Positions 16,546 to 26,695 of a stretch of DNA of 38,978 nucleotides are shown here, one piece after another (positions within the stretch are counted from its first letter, which is position 1; each line of letters begins with the position of its first letter). The notes under the pieces were generated by a model that was not told the DNA's origin, did not search any database, and saw only the letters and a program-made list of their open reading frames with translations. Made by a program: the position numbers and the translations under genes. This DNA is from a virus (taxonomy: Duplodnaviria > Heunggongvirae > Uroviricota > Caudoviricetes): IMG/VR virus record IMGVR_UViG_2778261386_000007; one strand, given 5' to 3'.

Positions 16546-16881
16546 TCATCGATAGAAAAACTTTACAGCCCACTCGTAAACAGCTTTGTAAATCGGTTCA
16601 TGGTAAATACTATCGATACTATTCAGATGTGCGATCATCGCCTCCACAGTTGTAGTGGTTGTTTCTAATATTTCGATTATTGCAGGGCGGTCATCATCTT
16701 CATCGAAGTATTCGAACAGCAGTACAGGTTTACCATGCAATTCAGCATCTGAGACTCTAAGGTTACAACTACCGCTCAACTCAAAGTGAATTTTGTAATT
16801 ACCTTCTACAGAATGGCCTACGGGGAAAAAGTATAGGGTGTCATCTTTGTTCAAAAGCCATTCCCATTCATAACTATTCAT
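16546..16881 (-). CDS. Hypothetical acidic protein (111 aa), upstream gene of the AT-rich reverse cassette
   Basis: ATG at 16881 with AGGAG 7 nt upstream (minus-strand AACAGGAGTTCACAAATG); acidic stretch EYFDEDDDRPAIIEILETTTT; 43-bp spacer to the next gene. Confidence 0.55.
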   Translation of the reverse strand: MNSYEWEWLLNKDDTLYFFPVGHSVEGNYKIHFELSGSCNLRVSDAELHGKPVLLFEYFDEDDDRPAIIEILETTTTTVEAMIAHLNSIDSIYHEPIYKAVYEWAVKFFYR

Positions 16882-17031
16882 TTGTGAACTCCTGTTCATT
16901 GAGTTTCAACAACTATCAACTACATCCAGCGAAGCATAAAAGATCGTTTATGGCAAAACCGGAATGGAGTGCGATTCGATTCTGAGAAGGGTGCCACGTA
17001 TCGTACGCGAACCATCCAAGAGGATTATGCA

Positions 17032-17382
17032 ATGCCCCTACGAACCCCAAAAGCCTGCCGCGTTCGCGGCTGCCGTAATACCACTACAGACCCGTCAGGC
17101 TACTGCGAAAGCCACAAAAACGAAGGCTGGAAACAATACAAGCCGGGGCAATCTCGTCATCAGCGCGGTTATGGTTCGAAGTGGGATGTTATCCGCGCGC
17201 GTGTGCTGAAGCGTGACAAAGGTTTATGTCAATTATGTCTGCATGCTGGTGTGGTGGGTGAGGCGAAAACCGTTGACCACATCATTCCCAAAGCGCATGG
17301 CGGCACCGATGCCGACAGTAACCTGCAGAGTCTGTGCTGGCCGTGTCATAAGGCGAAGACGGCCCGTGAACGGCTGAAGTAA
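17032..17382 (+). CDS. HNH endonuclease, terminase-associated (116 aa)
   Basis: CxxC...H-N-H pattern (CQLCLHAGVVGEAKTVDHIIPKAHGGTDADSNLQSLCWPCHKAK); AGAGGA SD; immediately upstream of the terminase small subunit, as in HK97-like cos phages. Confidence 0.85.
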   Translation: MPLRTPKACRVRGCRNTTTDPSGYCESHKNEGWKQYKPGQSRHQRGYGSKWDVIRARVLKRDKGLCQLCLHAGVVGEAKTVDHIIPKAHGGTDADSNLQSLCWPCHKAKTARERLK

Positions 17383-17408
17383 GAACCAGTTCCCATTGCC
17401 AGAGGGGA

Positions 17409-17467
17409 GGGGCGGGTCAAATCCCTGTGACCTGACGTCTTCCGGACTGCCCGCCCCATCGTTTTTT
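17409..17467 (+). other. GC-rich hairpin with T-tract between HNH and terminase (terminator-like, possibly cos-adjacent)
   Basis: GGGGCGGG ... CCCGCCCC arms enclosing an inner GGTCA ... TGACC hairpin, followed by ATCGTTTTTTTAT. Confidence 0.3.
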
Positions 17468-17507
17468 TATACCCGCGAAAAATGAAATTTAACCAGGAGT
17501 GCCGCAT

Positions 17508-18002
17508 ATGGCTGGAACGGCGGGGCGTTCCGGGCGTCGCCCCAAGCCAACGGCGCGCAAGGCGCTGGCCGGAAACCCCGGCAAGCGAGCCCTGAATAAA
17601 GATGAACCTGTTTTTACGCCCATCAAAGGTGTTGAGCCACCGGAGTGGTTCGCTGAAGAAGATCTCCCTCTCGCCACGATCATGTGGCAACTGACAACTA
17701 AAGAACTCTGCGGTCAGGGCCTGCTGTGCGTGACTGACCTCGCGGTGCTTGAGCGGTGGTGCGTGGCCTATGAGTTCTGGCGACGTGCCGTGAAAAATAT
17801 TGCCAGACAGGGCAACACCATCACCGGTGCAATGGGCGGTATGGTCAAAAATCCGGAGCTGACCGCCAAAAAAGAACAGGAGTCCGAGATGAGCAGTACG
17901 GGGGCAATGCTCGGACTCGACCCCAGCAGCCGCCAGCGTCTGATTGGCCTGGCGGGGAAGAAGAAAGCCACTAACCCGTTTCTGAAAATCATCGAATCAT
18001 GA
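17508..18002 (+). CDS. Terminase small subunit (P27-family-like, 164 aa)
   Basis: AGGAG 8 nt upstream of ATG 17508 (ORF track begins at GTG 17499); basic N-terminus [27 protein letters not shown] typical of P27-type small terminases; stop overlaps the large-subunit start. Confidence 0.82.
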   Translation: MAGTAGRSGRRPKPTARKALAGNPGKRALNKDEPVFTPIKGVEPPEWFAEEDLPLATIMWQLTTKELCGQGLLCVTDLAVLERWCVAYEFWRRAVKNIARQGNTITGAMGGMVKNPELTAKKEQESEMSSTGAMLGLDPSSRQRLIGLAGKKKATNPFLKIIES

Positions 18003-19732
18003 GCCGGAAATCTTACCCCAACGTAAATGCTGCCAATCAGTATGCCCGGGATGTCGTGCGCGGAAAGATTGTGGCCTGCCAGTTTGTGATTCAGGCCTGC
18101 CAGCGCCATCTTGATGACCTGATGGCGGAAAAAAGTAAGTCGTTTCGTTACCGCTTCGACAAGGACCTGGCTGAACGGGCCGCCAAATTTATTCAGCTGT
18201 TGCCGCACACCAAGGGTGAGTGGGCATTTAAGAGGATGCCCATCACGCTGGAGCCGTGGCAGCTCTTTGTGATCTGCTGCGCGTTTGGCTGGGTCAATAA
18301 AGGCTCCCGGCTGCGCCGCTTCCGGGAGGTGTATACCGAAATCCCCCGTAAGAACGGCAAATCGGCAATCTCTGCCGGTGTTGCCCTGTATTGTTTTGCC
18401 TGTGATAACGAGTTCGGCGCGGAAGTGTATTCCGGTGCCACGACAGAGAAACAGGCATGGGAAGTCTTTCGCCCGGCGCGACTGATGTGTAAACGCACAC
18501 CCATGCTGACGGAAGCGTTCGGGATTGAGGTTAACGCCTCAAACATGAACCGTCCGGAGGATGGTGCGCGGTTTGAACCGCTGATCGGTAACCCCGGTGA
18601 TGGTTCATCACCCCACTGTACCGTGGTGGATGAATATCACGAGCACGCCACAGATGCGCTTTACACCACGATGCTTACCGGGATGGGGGCGCGACGTCAG
18701 CCACTGATGTGGGCTATCACCACTGCCGGGTACAACATTGAGGGACCGTGCTACGACAAGCGGCGGGAAGTCATCGAGATGCTCAACGGCTCGGTGCCTA
18801 ACGATGAACTGTTCGGGATCATCTATACCGTTGATGAAGGTGACGACTGGACCGACCCGCAGGTGCTGGAAAAAGCCAATCCAAATATTGGCGTGTCGGT
18901 TTATCGCGAATTTTTGTTAAGTCAGCAGCAGCGTGCGAAAAATAACGCCCGTCTGGCAAACGTCTTTAAAACAAAACACCTCAATATCTGGGTGTCGGCG
19001 CGTTCGGCGTATTTCAACCTGGTGAGCTGGCAGAGCTGCGAGGATAAATCACTGACCCTTGAGCAGTTCGAGGGGCAGCCGTGCATTCTGGCCTTTGACC
19101 TGGCGCGTAAGCTGGATATGAACAGCATGGCGCGACTTTATACCCGCGAGATTGACGGTAAAACGCATTACTACAGTGTAGCCCCGCGTTTCTGGGTACC
19201 GTATGACACGGTGTACAGCGTCGAGAAAAATGAAGATCGACGGACAGCCGAACGCTTTCAGAAATGGGTGGAAATGGGCGTTCTGACCGTTACCGATGGT
19301 GCGGAGGTGGATTATCGCTACATCCTCGAGGAGGCCAAAGCGGCGAACAAAATCAGCCCGGTCAGTGAGTCACCCATCGACCCCTTCGGGGCGACCGGGC
19401 TGTCGCATGACCTTGCTGATGAAGACCTGAACCCCATCACCATCATTCAGAACTACACCAACATGTCCGATCCGATGAAAGAGCTGGAAGCGGCGATTGA
19501 ATCGGGGCGCTTTCATCATGACGGCAATCCCATCATGACCTGGTGTATCGGCAACGTGGTCGGCAAAACCATTCCGGGTAACGATGATGTGGTGAAGCCT
19601 GTCAAGGAGCAGGCGGAAAACAAAATCGATGGTGCAGTTGCGCTGATTATGGCGGTTGGCAGAGCCATGCTGTACGAGAAAGAAGACACGCTGTCTGACC
19701 ACATTGAGTCCTATGGGATCCGCTCGCTTTAA
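17999..19732 (+). CDS. Terminase large subunit (577 aa)
   Basis: ATPase Walker A-like [13 protein letters not shown], then nuclease domain; size and position typical; ATGA overlap with the small subunit. Confidence 0.93.
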
Positions 19733-19743
19733 CTGAGGTAATT

Positions 19744-19926
19744 ATGATCATGCTGATTCTCGCGCCTCTGGTGGGCGTGCTGGGGGCGCTTTTGCTGGCG
19801 TATGGTGCCTGGCTGATTTATCCCCCGGCGGGGTTTGTTGTTGCCGGGGCGTTGTGCCTGTTCTGGTCGTGGCTGGTGGCGCGATATCTCGACCGTACAC
19901 AGTCGTCTGTCGGCGGAGGTAAATAG
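19744..19926 (+). CDS. Small hydrophobic protein (60 aa)
   Basis: Two predicted TM helices ([39 protein letters not shown]); between terminase and portal. Confidence 0.4.
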
Positions 19927-21167
19927 TGTTCTTTTCGGGATTATTTCAACGAAAAAGCGACGCACCGGTGACCACGCCAGCAGAGCTGGCGGATGCCATC
20001 GGGTTGTCCTACGACACCTATACCGGAAAGCAGATCAGCAGCCAGCGGGCCATGCGACTGACGGCGGTTTTTTCCTGTGTCAGGGTGCTGGCAGAGTCGG
20101 TCGGGATGTTGCCCTGCAATCTGTATCACCTGAACGGCAGCCTGAAACAGAGAGCCACCGGCGAGCGTCTGCATAAGCTGATCTCCACGCATCCCAATGG
20201 CTATATGACGCCGCAGGAGTTCTGGGAGCTGGTGGTCACCTGTCTGTGCCTGCGGGGAAACTTTTACGCCTACAAAGTGAAAGCATTTGGCGAAGTGGCT
20301 GAACTGCTGCCCGTCGATCCCGGCTGTGTGGTACCGAAGCTTAACAGTAGCTGGGAGCCGGTCTATCAGGTCACATTCCCGGATGGCTCCACGGATGTAC
20401 TGAGCCAGGAGGATATCTGGCATGTGCGCACGCTGACGCTGGACGGACTGGTGGGGCTGAATCCCATCGCCTATGCCCGCGAGGCAATATCGCTGGCGGC
20501 AGCGACCGAAGAGCACGGGGCCAGACTGTTCAGCAATGGCGCGGTGACGTCGGGTGTGTTGCGTACAGAGCAGACGCTGTCAGATCAGGCTTATGAGCGC
20601 CTGAAGAAAGATTTTGAGGAGCGTCACACCGGGCTTGGCAATGCTCACCGCCCGATGATCCTTGAGATGGGGCTGGACTGGAAGTCGATGGCGCTGAACG
20701 CCGAGGACAGCCAGTTCCTGGAAACCCGCAAGTTTCAGCTTGAAGAAATCTGTCGTCTGTTCCGGGTGCCGTTGCACATGGTGCAGAACACCGATCGCGC
20801 CACCTTCAACAATATCGAAGAGCTGGGGCTGGGATTTATCAACTATTCACTGGTGCCGTATCTGACCCGCATCGAACAGCGGATCAACACCGGACTGGTA
20901 CGAAAAAGTAAGCAGGGCGTTTATTACGCCAAATTTAACGCCGGGGCGTTACTGCGCGGGGATATGAAGTCCCGTTTTGAAGCCTACGCCACCGGGATCA
21001 ACTGGGGAATTTACTCTCCCAATGACTGCCGCGACCTGGAAGATATGAATCCGCGTCCCGGTGGTGATGTCTATCTCACACCGATGAACATGACCACGAA
21101 ACCCTCCGATGGCAGTAAAGCCGGTAAGCAGAAGGATAACGCCAATGCAGACGAAACAACGTCTTGA
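19926..21167 (+). CDS. Portal protein, HK97 family (413 aa)
   Basis: Size, position after the terminase, and sequence character of HK97-type portals; GTG start per ORF track, exact start uncertain. Confidence 0.88.
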   Translation: MFFSGLFQRKSDAPVTTPAELADAIGLSYDTYTGKQISSQRAMRLTAVFSCVRVLAESVGMLPCNLYHLNGSLKQRATGERLHKLISTHPNGYMTPQEFWELVVTCLCLRGNFYAYKVKAFGEVAELLPVDPGCVVPKLNSSWEPVYQVTFPDGSTDVLSQEDIWHVRTLTLDGLVGLNPIAYAREAISLAAATEEHGARLFSNGAVTSGVLRTEQTLSDQAYERLKKDFEERHTGLGNAHRPMILEMGLDWKSMALNAEDSQFLETRKFQLEEICRLFRVPLHMVQNTDRATFNNIEELGLGFINYSLVPYLTRIEQRINTGLVRKSKQGVYYAKFNAGALLRGDMKSRFEAYATGINWGIYSPNDCRDLEDMNPRPGGDVYLTPMNMTTKPSDGSKAGKQKDNANADETTS

Positions 21168-21795
21168 TGTACCGCTGAGTCTGAAATCTGTCAGTGACTC
21201 CGGTGAGTTTGAAGGGTATGGCTCCGTCTTTGGTGTAAAGGACAGCCACGATGATGTGGTGATGTCCGGGGCATTTGCTGCTTCCCTGCGGGCGTGGAGT
21301 GACAGAAAAGCGTTACCTGCGCTGCTCTGGCAGCACCGCATGGATGAGCCCATCGGTGTTTACACCGAAATGAAGGAAGACGATGTCGGGCTTTACGTCA
21401 GGGGGCGGTTGCTCATTGATGATGATCCCCTGGCAAAACGCGCACATGCACACATGAAGGCCGGTTCGTTAACCGGCCTTTCTATTGGGTACGTCCTGAA
21501 GGACTGGGAATACGACCGGACGAAAGAAGCCTTTCTGCTGAAAGAAATCGACCTCTGGGAAGTCAGTCTGGTGACGTTTCCGTCTAACGACGAGGCGCGG
21601 ATCAGCGACGTCAAGAACGCGCTGGCCCGCGGGGAAATCCCCGAACAGAAAAAAATCGAAAGAGTCCTGCGTGATGTCGGACTCTCCCGTACCCAGGCCA
21701 AAGCATTCATGGCCGGGGGCTATGGCGCACTGTCCCTGCGCGACGCTGAGGATGTGGGCTCTGCACTGAATGCACTGAAAAATCTGAACTTCTAA
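21145..21795 (+). CDS. Prohead protease, HK97 family (216 aa from ATG 21145)
   Basis: EGYGSVFGVKDSHDDVVMSGAF motif typical of HK97-family prohead proteases; AAGGA SD; overlaps the portal 3' end. Confidence 0.88.
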   Translation: MQTKQRLDVPLSLKSVSDSGEFEGYGSVFGVKDSHDDVVMSGAFAASLRAWSDRKALPALLWQHRMDEPIGVYTEMKEDDVGLYVRGRLLIDDDPLAKRAHAHMKAGSLTGLSIGYVLKDWEYDRTKEAFLLKEIDLWEVSLVTFPSNDEARISDVKNALARGEIPEQKKIERVLRDVGLSRTQAKAFMAGGYGALSLRDAEDVGSALNALKNLNF

Positions 21796-21809
21796 TCAGG
21801 AGAAATACG

Positions 21810-23015
21810 ATGGCGGTAGATATTAAAGATGTCGAACAGGTCGCGCAGGAGCTGCAGCAGAAGTTTGACGACTTCAAAGCAAAGAACGACAAGCGCGTGG
21901 ATGCGATTGAGCAGGAAAAAGGCAAGCTTGCCGGGCAGGTGGAAACCCTGAACGGAAAACTCAGCGAGCTGGAAAATCTCAAAAGCGACCTTGAAAAAGA
22001 GCTGCTTGAGCTGAAACGTCCGGCAGGTGGTGCGCAAAATAAACTGGCCACCGAGCATAAAGAGGCGTTTGTGGGCTTCCTGCGTAAAGGCCGTGAAGAC
22101 GGTCTGCGCGATCTGGAGCGTAAGGCATTGCAGGTGGGCACCGATGAAGACGGTGGCTACGCCGTGCCGGAAGAACTGGATCGCAACATTCTTAACCTGC
22201 TGAAAGATGAAGTGGTGATGCGTCAGGAAGCCACGGTGATCACCGTTGGTGGTTCCGACTACAAAAAACTGGTGAATCTGGGCGGCACGGCTTCCGGATG
22301 GGTTGGCGAGACTGACGCGCGCTCCCAGACTGCCACCTCAAAACTGGGGCTGATTGAACCTTTCATGGGGGAAATCTACGGTAACCCGCAGGCCACCCAG
22401 AAAATGCTGGATGATGCCTTTTTCAACGTGGAGGCCTGGATCAACAGCGAGCTGGCAACCGAATTTGCCGAACAGGAAGAAATTGCCTTTACCACCGGCG
22501 ATGGTACCAAGAAGCCGAAAGGGTTCCTGGCGTATGAATCCACGGATGAAACCGATAAGGTCCGGGCGTTCGGCAAACTTCAGCATATTGTATCCGGCGA
22601 CGCGACTGCGGTGACCGCAGACGCCATTATCAAACTGATTTACACGCTGCGAAAGGCACACCGCACTGGCGCGAAGTTCATGATGAACAACAACAGCCTG
22701 TTTGCCATCCGTCTGCTGAAAGACACCGAGGGTAACTATCTGTGGCGTCCGGGGCTGGAACTGGGGCAGCCGTCCTCTCTGGCGGGTTACGGTATCGCTG
22801 AAAACGAACAGATGCCGGATATCGCCGCTGATGCGAAAGCCATTGCATTTGGTAACTTCAAACGGGGTTACACCATCGTTGACCGTATCGGCACCCGCAT
22901 TCTGCGTGACCCGTACACCAATAAACCGTTTGTCGGTTTTTATACCACCAAGCGCACCGGCGGGATGCTGGTCGATTCGCAGGCCATCAAACTGCTGAAG
23001 ATTGCAGCGGCGTAA
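21810..23015 (+). CDS. Major capsid protein, HK97 family (401 aa)
   Basis: CAGGAG SD; N-terminal coiled-coil delta-domain-like region followed by an HK97-fold-sized body; position after the protease. Confidence 0.9.
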   Translation: MAVDIKDVEQVAQELQQKFDDFKAKNDKRVDAIEQEKGKLAGQVETLNGKLSELENLKSDLEKELLELKRPAGGAQNKLATEHKEAFVGFLRKGREDGLRDLERKALQVGTDEDGGYAVPEELDRNILNLLKDEVVMRQEATVITVGGSDYKKLVNLGGTASGWVGETDARSQTATSKLGLIEPFMGEIYGNPQATQKMLDDAFFNVEAWINSELATEFAEQEEIAFTTGDGTKKPKGFLAYESTDETDKVRAFGKLQHIVSGDATAVTADAIIKLIYTLRKAHRTGAKFMMNNNSLFAIRLLKDTEGNYLWRPGLELGQPSSLAGYGIAENEQMPDIAADAKAIAFGNFKRGYTIVDRIGTRILRDPYTNKPFVGFYTTKRTGGMLVDSQAIKLLKIAAA

Positions 23016-23064
23016 TCACTCAGGGGCGCGGAACCGCGCCCCCTGTTCTGACGGGTGAAGAATC

Positions 23065-23265
23065 ATGATCCTGAAACAAGATCTGAAATGGTCACCGGAC
23101 GGTATGCGTGTTGAGGTCATTCGGGCCGGTGAGTATGACGACGGGGCGCTTCCTGCCCGGGTGCAGGAGATTGCACTTCAGGCCGGGTTAGCAGAGCGCG
23201 GAACCAGTGCAAAAAGCAGTAAAGCGGCAAAAGAGAAAAAAGCCACGACCAGTAAAGAGGGCTGA
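23065..23265 (+). CDS. Small hypothetical head-region protein (66 aa)
   Basis: ORF with Lys/Ala-rich C-terminus between capsid and connector genes. Confidence 0.4.
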   Translation: MILKQDLKWSPDGMRVEVIRAGEYDDGALPARVQEIALQAGLAERGTSAKSSKAAKEKKATTSKEG

Positions 23266-23267
23266 GT

Positions 23268-23591
23268 ATGCTTCTGACAATGGAAGAGATTAAAGCCCAA
23301 CTCCGGCTGGATGAGGATTTCGATGCTGATGACCGCCATCTGCAACTGCTGGCCTGTGCGGCGCAAAAGCGGACGGAAACGTATCTGAACCGGAAGCTCT
23401 ATGCACCGGATGAAACCATTCCGGAGAGCGATCCGGACGGGCTGCACCTGCCGGATGATATTCGTCTGGGGATGCTGATGCTTATCAGCCATTTTTACGA
23501 AAACCGCTCGTCGGTTACGGAAGTGGAGAAACTCGACATGCCGCAGAGTTTTGGCTGGCTTGTCGGCCCGTACAGGTACTTTCCGCAATGA
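23268..23591 (+). CDS. Head-tail connector protein (gp6-like, 107 aa)
   Basis: Sequence character (EEIKAQLRLDEDFDADD...LISHFYENR) of gp6-type DNA-packaging/connector proteins; synteny. Confidence 0.72.
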   Translation: MLLTMEEIKAQLRLDEDFDADDRHLQLLACAAQKRTETYLNRKLYAPDETIPESDPDGLHLPDDIRLGMLMLISHFYENRSSVTEVEKLDMPQSFGWLVGPYRYFPQ

Positions 23592-23998
23592 AAATTCGTC
23601 AGGCGCAGACCAGCGCAACCTACATTCTGCCGGACCCCGGTGAACTGAATAAACGCGTCCTGATCCGCCTGCGGGTGGATATGCCCGCGGATAACTTTGG
23701 CGTGGAGCCTCAATACCCGGTTACGTTCCGGACATGGGCGAAGGTTATCCAGACCAGTGCCAGCACCTGGCAGGAAACCGCGCAGACCGGGGACGCCATC
23801 ACCCATTACATCACCATTCGTTACCGCCGGGGGATCACCGCTGATTATGAGGTGGTCTGCGGTGACAGTGTGTACCGGGTGAAACGTCAGCGCGATCTGA
23901 ACGGGGCGCGGCGCTTTCTGCTGCTGGAGTGTACGGAGCTGGGCGAATGTAGGCAGAGTCACGGAGGCAGCAATGGCGACTCCCTTTTTTCACGTTGA
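23588..23998 (+). CDS. Head closure / head-tail adaptor protein (136 aa)
   Basis: Synteny and size; overlapping start with the upstream gene. Confidence 0.65.
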   Translation: MKIRQAQTSATYILPDPGELNKRVLIRLRVDMPADNFGVEPQYPVTFRTWAKVIQTSASTWQETAQTGDAITHYITIRYRRGITADYEVVCGDSVYRVKRQRDLNGARRFLLLECTELGECRQSHGGSNGDSLFSR

Positions 23999-24479
23999 TG
24001 TTCAGCAGCCCGCCGAGATGCGCTTTAACCGCGCCCGTGTCCGGCGGGCGTTTGTCACGATTGGGCAGCGTCATATGCGTGATGCCCGTCGGCTGGTGAT
24101 GCGCCGTGCGCGGTCGGCACCGGGTGAAAACCCCGGTTATCAGACCGGACGCCTGGCTCGTTCGATTGGTTATATGGTGCCGAGAGCCAGTAAAAAGCGA
24201 GCCGGTTTTATGACACGCATTGCCCCTAACCAGCGCAACGGGAAGGGGAACCGGATGATCTCTGGTGACTTCTATCCGGCGTTTCTGTTTTTTGGTGTCC
24301 GGGGAGGAGCAAAACGTCGTCGTAGTCATCATCGTGGTGCATCCGGTGGCAGCGGCTGGCGACTGGCTCCACGTAATAACTTCATGGTGGAAGCGCTTGA
24401 AAAGAACCGCAGCTGGACACGCTATTTTCTGGCGCGGGAATTGCGTAAATCACTGAAGCCGGAGCGACGACACAGATGA
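23973..24479 (+). CDS. Tail-completion protein (HK97 gp10-like, 168 aa)
   Basis: Synteny; basic protein with FFHVDVQQP N-terminus, as I recall for gp10-like proteins. Confidence 0.6.
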   Translation: MATPFFHVDVQQPAEMRFNRARVRRAFVTIGQRHMRDARRLVMRRARSAPGENPGYQTGRLARSIGYMVPRASKKRAGFMTRIAPNQRNGKGNRMISGDFYPAFLFFGVRGGAKRRRSHHRGASGGSGWRLAPRNNFMVEALEKNRSWTRYFLARELRKSLKPERRHR

Positions 24480-25036
24480 AACTGACGCCTGTTATTGCTG
24501 CGCTGCGTGCCCGCTGCCCGTATTTTGAAAACCGGGTGGCAGGCGCGGCACAGTTCAAAAATCTGCCGGAGGTCGGAAAGCTGAGACTCCCGGCGGCGTA
24601 TGTGGTACCGGGTGATGACTCTCCGGGAGAAAACAAAAGCCAGACCGACTACTGGCAGGAGCTGAAAGAGGGCTTCTCCGTGGTTGTCATACTGAGTAAC
24701 GGGCGTGATGAGCGCGGTCAGTTTGCCTCGTATGATGTGGTGGACGATGTCCGGCAGATGCTCTTTAAGGCCCTGCTGGGCTGGAACCCGGAAGCGTGCG
24801 GTAACCCGATTACCTATGACGGCGGCACGCTGCTGGATCTGAATCGTCATGAGCTGATTTATCAGTTCGATTTTTCGGTCATCAGCGAGCTGACTGAAGA
24901 CGATACCCGCCAGCAGGATGATCTGAACAGTCTGGATGAACTGCAAACGCTGGCGATTGATGTTGATTATCTCGAGCCCGGTAACGGGCCTGACGGCGAT
25001 ATCGAACATCACACCGAAATAACCCTTCCTTCCTGA
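24476..25036 (+). CDS. Putative tail-terminator / neck protein (Mu gp37-like, 186 aa)
   Basis: Position immediately upstream of the sheath gene; family assignment tentative. Confidence 0.5.
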   Translation: MKLTPVIAALRARCPYFENRVAGAAQFKNLPEVGKLRLPAAYVVPGDDSPGENKSQTDYWQELKEGFSVVVILSNGRDERGQFASYDVVDDVRQMLFKALLGWNPEACGNPITYDGGTLLDLNRHELIYQFDFSVISELTEDDTRQQDDLNSLDELQTLAIDVDYLEPGNGPDGDIEHHTEITLPS

Positions 25037-25044
25037 GGATCCTC

Positions 25045-25215
25045 ATGTTTGTCAAACCTGTTAAAGGGCGGTCAGTGCCTGACCCTGCCCGCGGCGACCT
25101 TTTGCCCGCCGAAGGGCGAAATGTTGACGAGAACAACTACTGGCTGCGCCGTGAAGCAGCGGGTGATATCCGGCGCGTGAATAAAAAGGTGAATACCGAT
25201 GACGATAAGCTTTAA
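25045..25215 (+). CDS. Small ORF (56 aa) upstream of the tail sheath gene
   Basis: ATG at 25045, stop TAA at 25213-25215, found by manual translation (below the ORF-track size cutoff). Confidence 0.3.
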   Translation: MFVKPVKGRSVPDPARGDLLPAEGRNVDENNYWLRREAAGDIRRVNKKVNTDDDKL

Positions 25216-26695
25216 CACCATTCCGTCGAATACGCTGGTTCCGTTGTTTTATGCGGAAATGGATAACCAGGCGGCGAATACTGCACAGGACAGCGGAGCA
25301 TCGCTGCTGATTGGTCATGCCAATAACGGTGCAGAGATTGTTGCCAACAGTCTGGTACTGATGCCGTCGGCAGACTATGCACGCCAGATTTGTGGTGCGG
25401 GAAGTCAGCTGGCGCGTATGGTCGAGGCTTATCGCCAGACCGATCCGTTTGGCGAGCTGTATGTGATTGCCGTTCCTGAATCCACAGGCGCGGCGGCAAC
25501 AGTTACGCTGACGGTGACCGGGGCAGCAACCGAAACCGGCACGGTGAATGTTTATGTGGGACGTACCCGCGTGCAGGCACCGGTGACCAACGGCGATAAC
25601 GTCGCGACGATTGCCAGCAGTATCCAGGATGCCATCAATGCCGTTCCGGCCCTGCCGTTTACGGCCTCATCTTCGGCTGGTGTGGTTACATTGACCGCTC
25701 GCCATAAGGGGCTTTGCGGGAATGAAATTCCTGTCAGCCTCAATTACTACGGCTTCGGTGGGGGCGAAGTGCTGCCAGCGGGCGTACAGATTGCCGTGGC
25801 GACGGGGACCGCCGGAACGGGCGCTCCGGTTCTCACCGGCGCGGTGGCTGCAATGGCGGATGAGCCGTTTGATTATATCGGTCTGCCGTTCAACGACACG
25901 GCCTCTGTTAACACGCTGGTGACCGAGATGAACGATACCAGCGGTCGCTGGAGCTATGCGCGTCAGCTGTATGGTCATGTGTATACGGCAAAGGCCGGCA
26001 CACTGTCAGAACTGGTGAACGCAGGTGACCAGTTTAACCAGCAGCACATCACCCTGGCGGGGTACGAAAAAGAGACCCAGACGCCTGCCGACGAGCTGGC
26101 AGCCAGCCGTACCGCCCGCGCAGCGGTGTTTATCCGCAACGATCCGGCACGTCCCACGCAGACCGGTGAGATGGTGGGTATGCTGCCTGCGCCGAAGGGG
26201 AAACGGTTCACGATGACCGAACAACAGACCCTGCTGTCTCATGGCGTGGCAACGGCGTATGTCGAAAGCGGGGTACTGCGCATTCAGCGTGATGTCACCA
26301 CGTACAGGAAAAACGCTTACGGGGTTGCGGATAACAGCTACCTCGACAGTGAGACACTGCATACCAGCGCGTATGTACTGCGCAAACTGAAATCCGTCAT
26401 TACCAGTAAGTACGGGCGTCACAAGCTTGCCAGTGACGGTACCCGCTTTGGTCCCGGTCAGGCGATTGTCACCCCGGCGGTGATCAAAGGGGAACTGCTG
26501 GCAACCTACCGTCAGCTTGAGCGTGCGGGGATCGTGGAAAACTACGAACTGTTTAAGCAGTACCTGGTTGTGGAGCGTGATGCCAGCGATCCGAACCGCC
26601 TGAACACGCTGTTCCCGCCTGACTATGTTAACCAGTTGCGTGTCTTTGCCGTGGTTAACCAGTTCCGTCTTCAGTATTCAGAGGAGTCTGCATAA
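25199..26695 (+). CDS. Tail sheath protein (Mu gpL-like, 498 aa)
   Basis: Size and position; followed by tube, chaperone and tape-measure genes in the Mu-like order. Confidence 0.85.
   Translation: MTISFNTIPSNTLVPLFYAEMDNQAANTAQDSGASLLIGHANNGAEIVANSLVLMPSADYARQICGAGSQLARMVEAYRQTDPFGELYVIAVPESTGAAATVTLTVTGAATETGTVNVYVGRTRVQAPVTNGDNVATIASSIQDAINAVPALPFTASSSAGVVTLTARHKGLCGNEIPVSLNYYGFGGGEVLPAGVQIAVATGTAGTGAPVLTGAVAAMADEPFDYIGLPFNDTASVNTLVTEMNDTSGRWSYARQLYGHVYTAKAGTLSELVNAGDQFNQQHITLAGYEKETQTPADELAASRTARAAVFIRNDPARPTQTGEMVGMLPAPKGKRFTMTEQQTLLSHGVATAYVESGVLRIQRDVTTYRKNAYGVADNSYLDSETLHTSAYVLRKLKSVITSKYGRHKLASDGTRFGPGQAIVTPAVIKGELLATYRQLERAGIVENYELFKQYLVVERDASDPNRLNTLFPPDYVNQLRVFAVVNQFRLQYSEESA

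Noticed and set aside
15876-16900. bor-like lipoprotein in the Rz-to-terminase slot
   Set aside because: Neither ORF has a signal peptide with lipobox or bor-like size; the slot is occupied by a different two-gene cassette.
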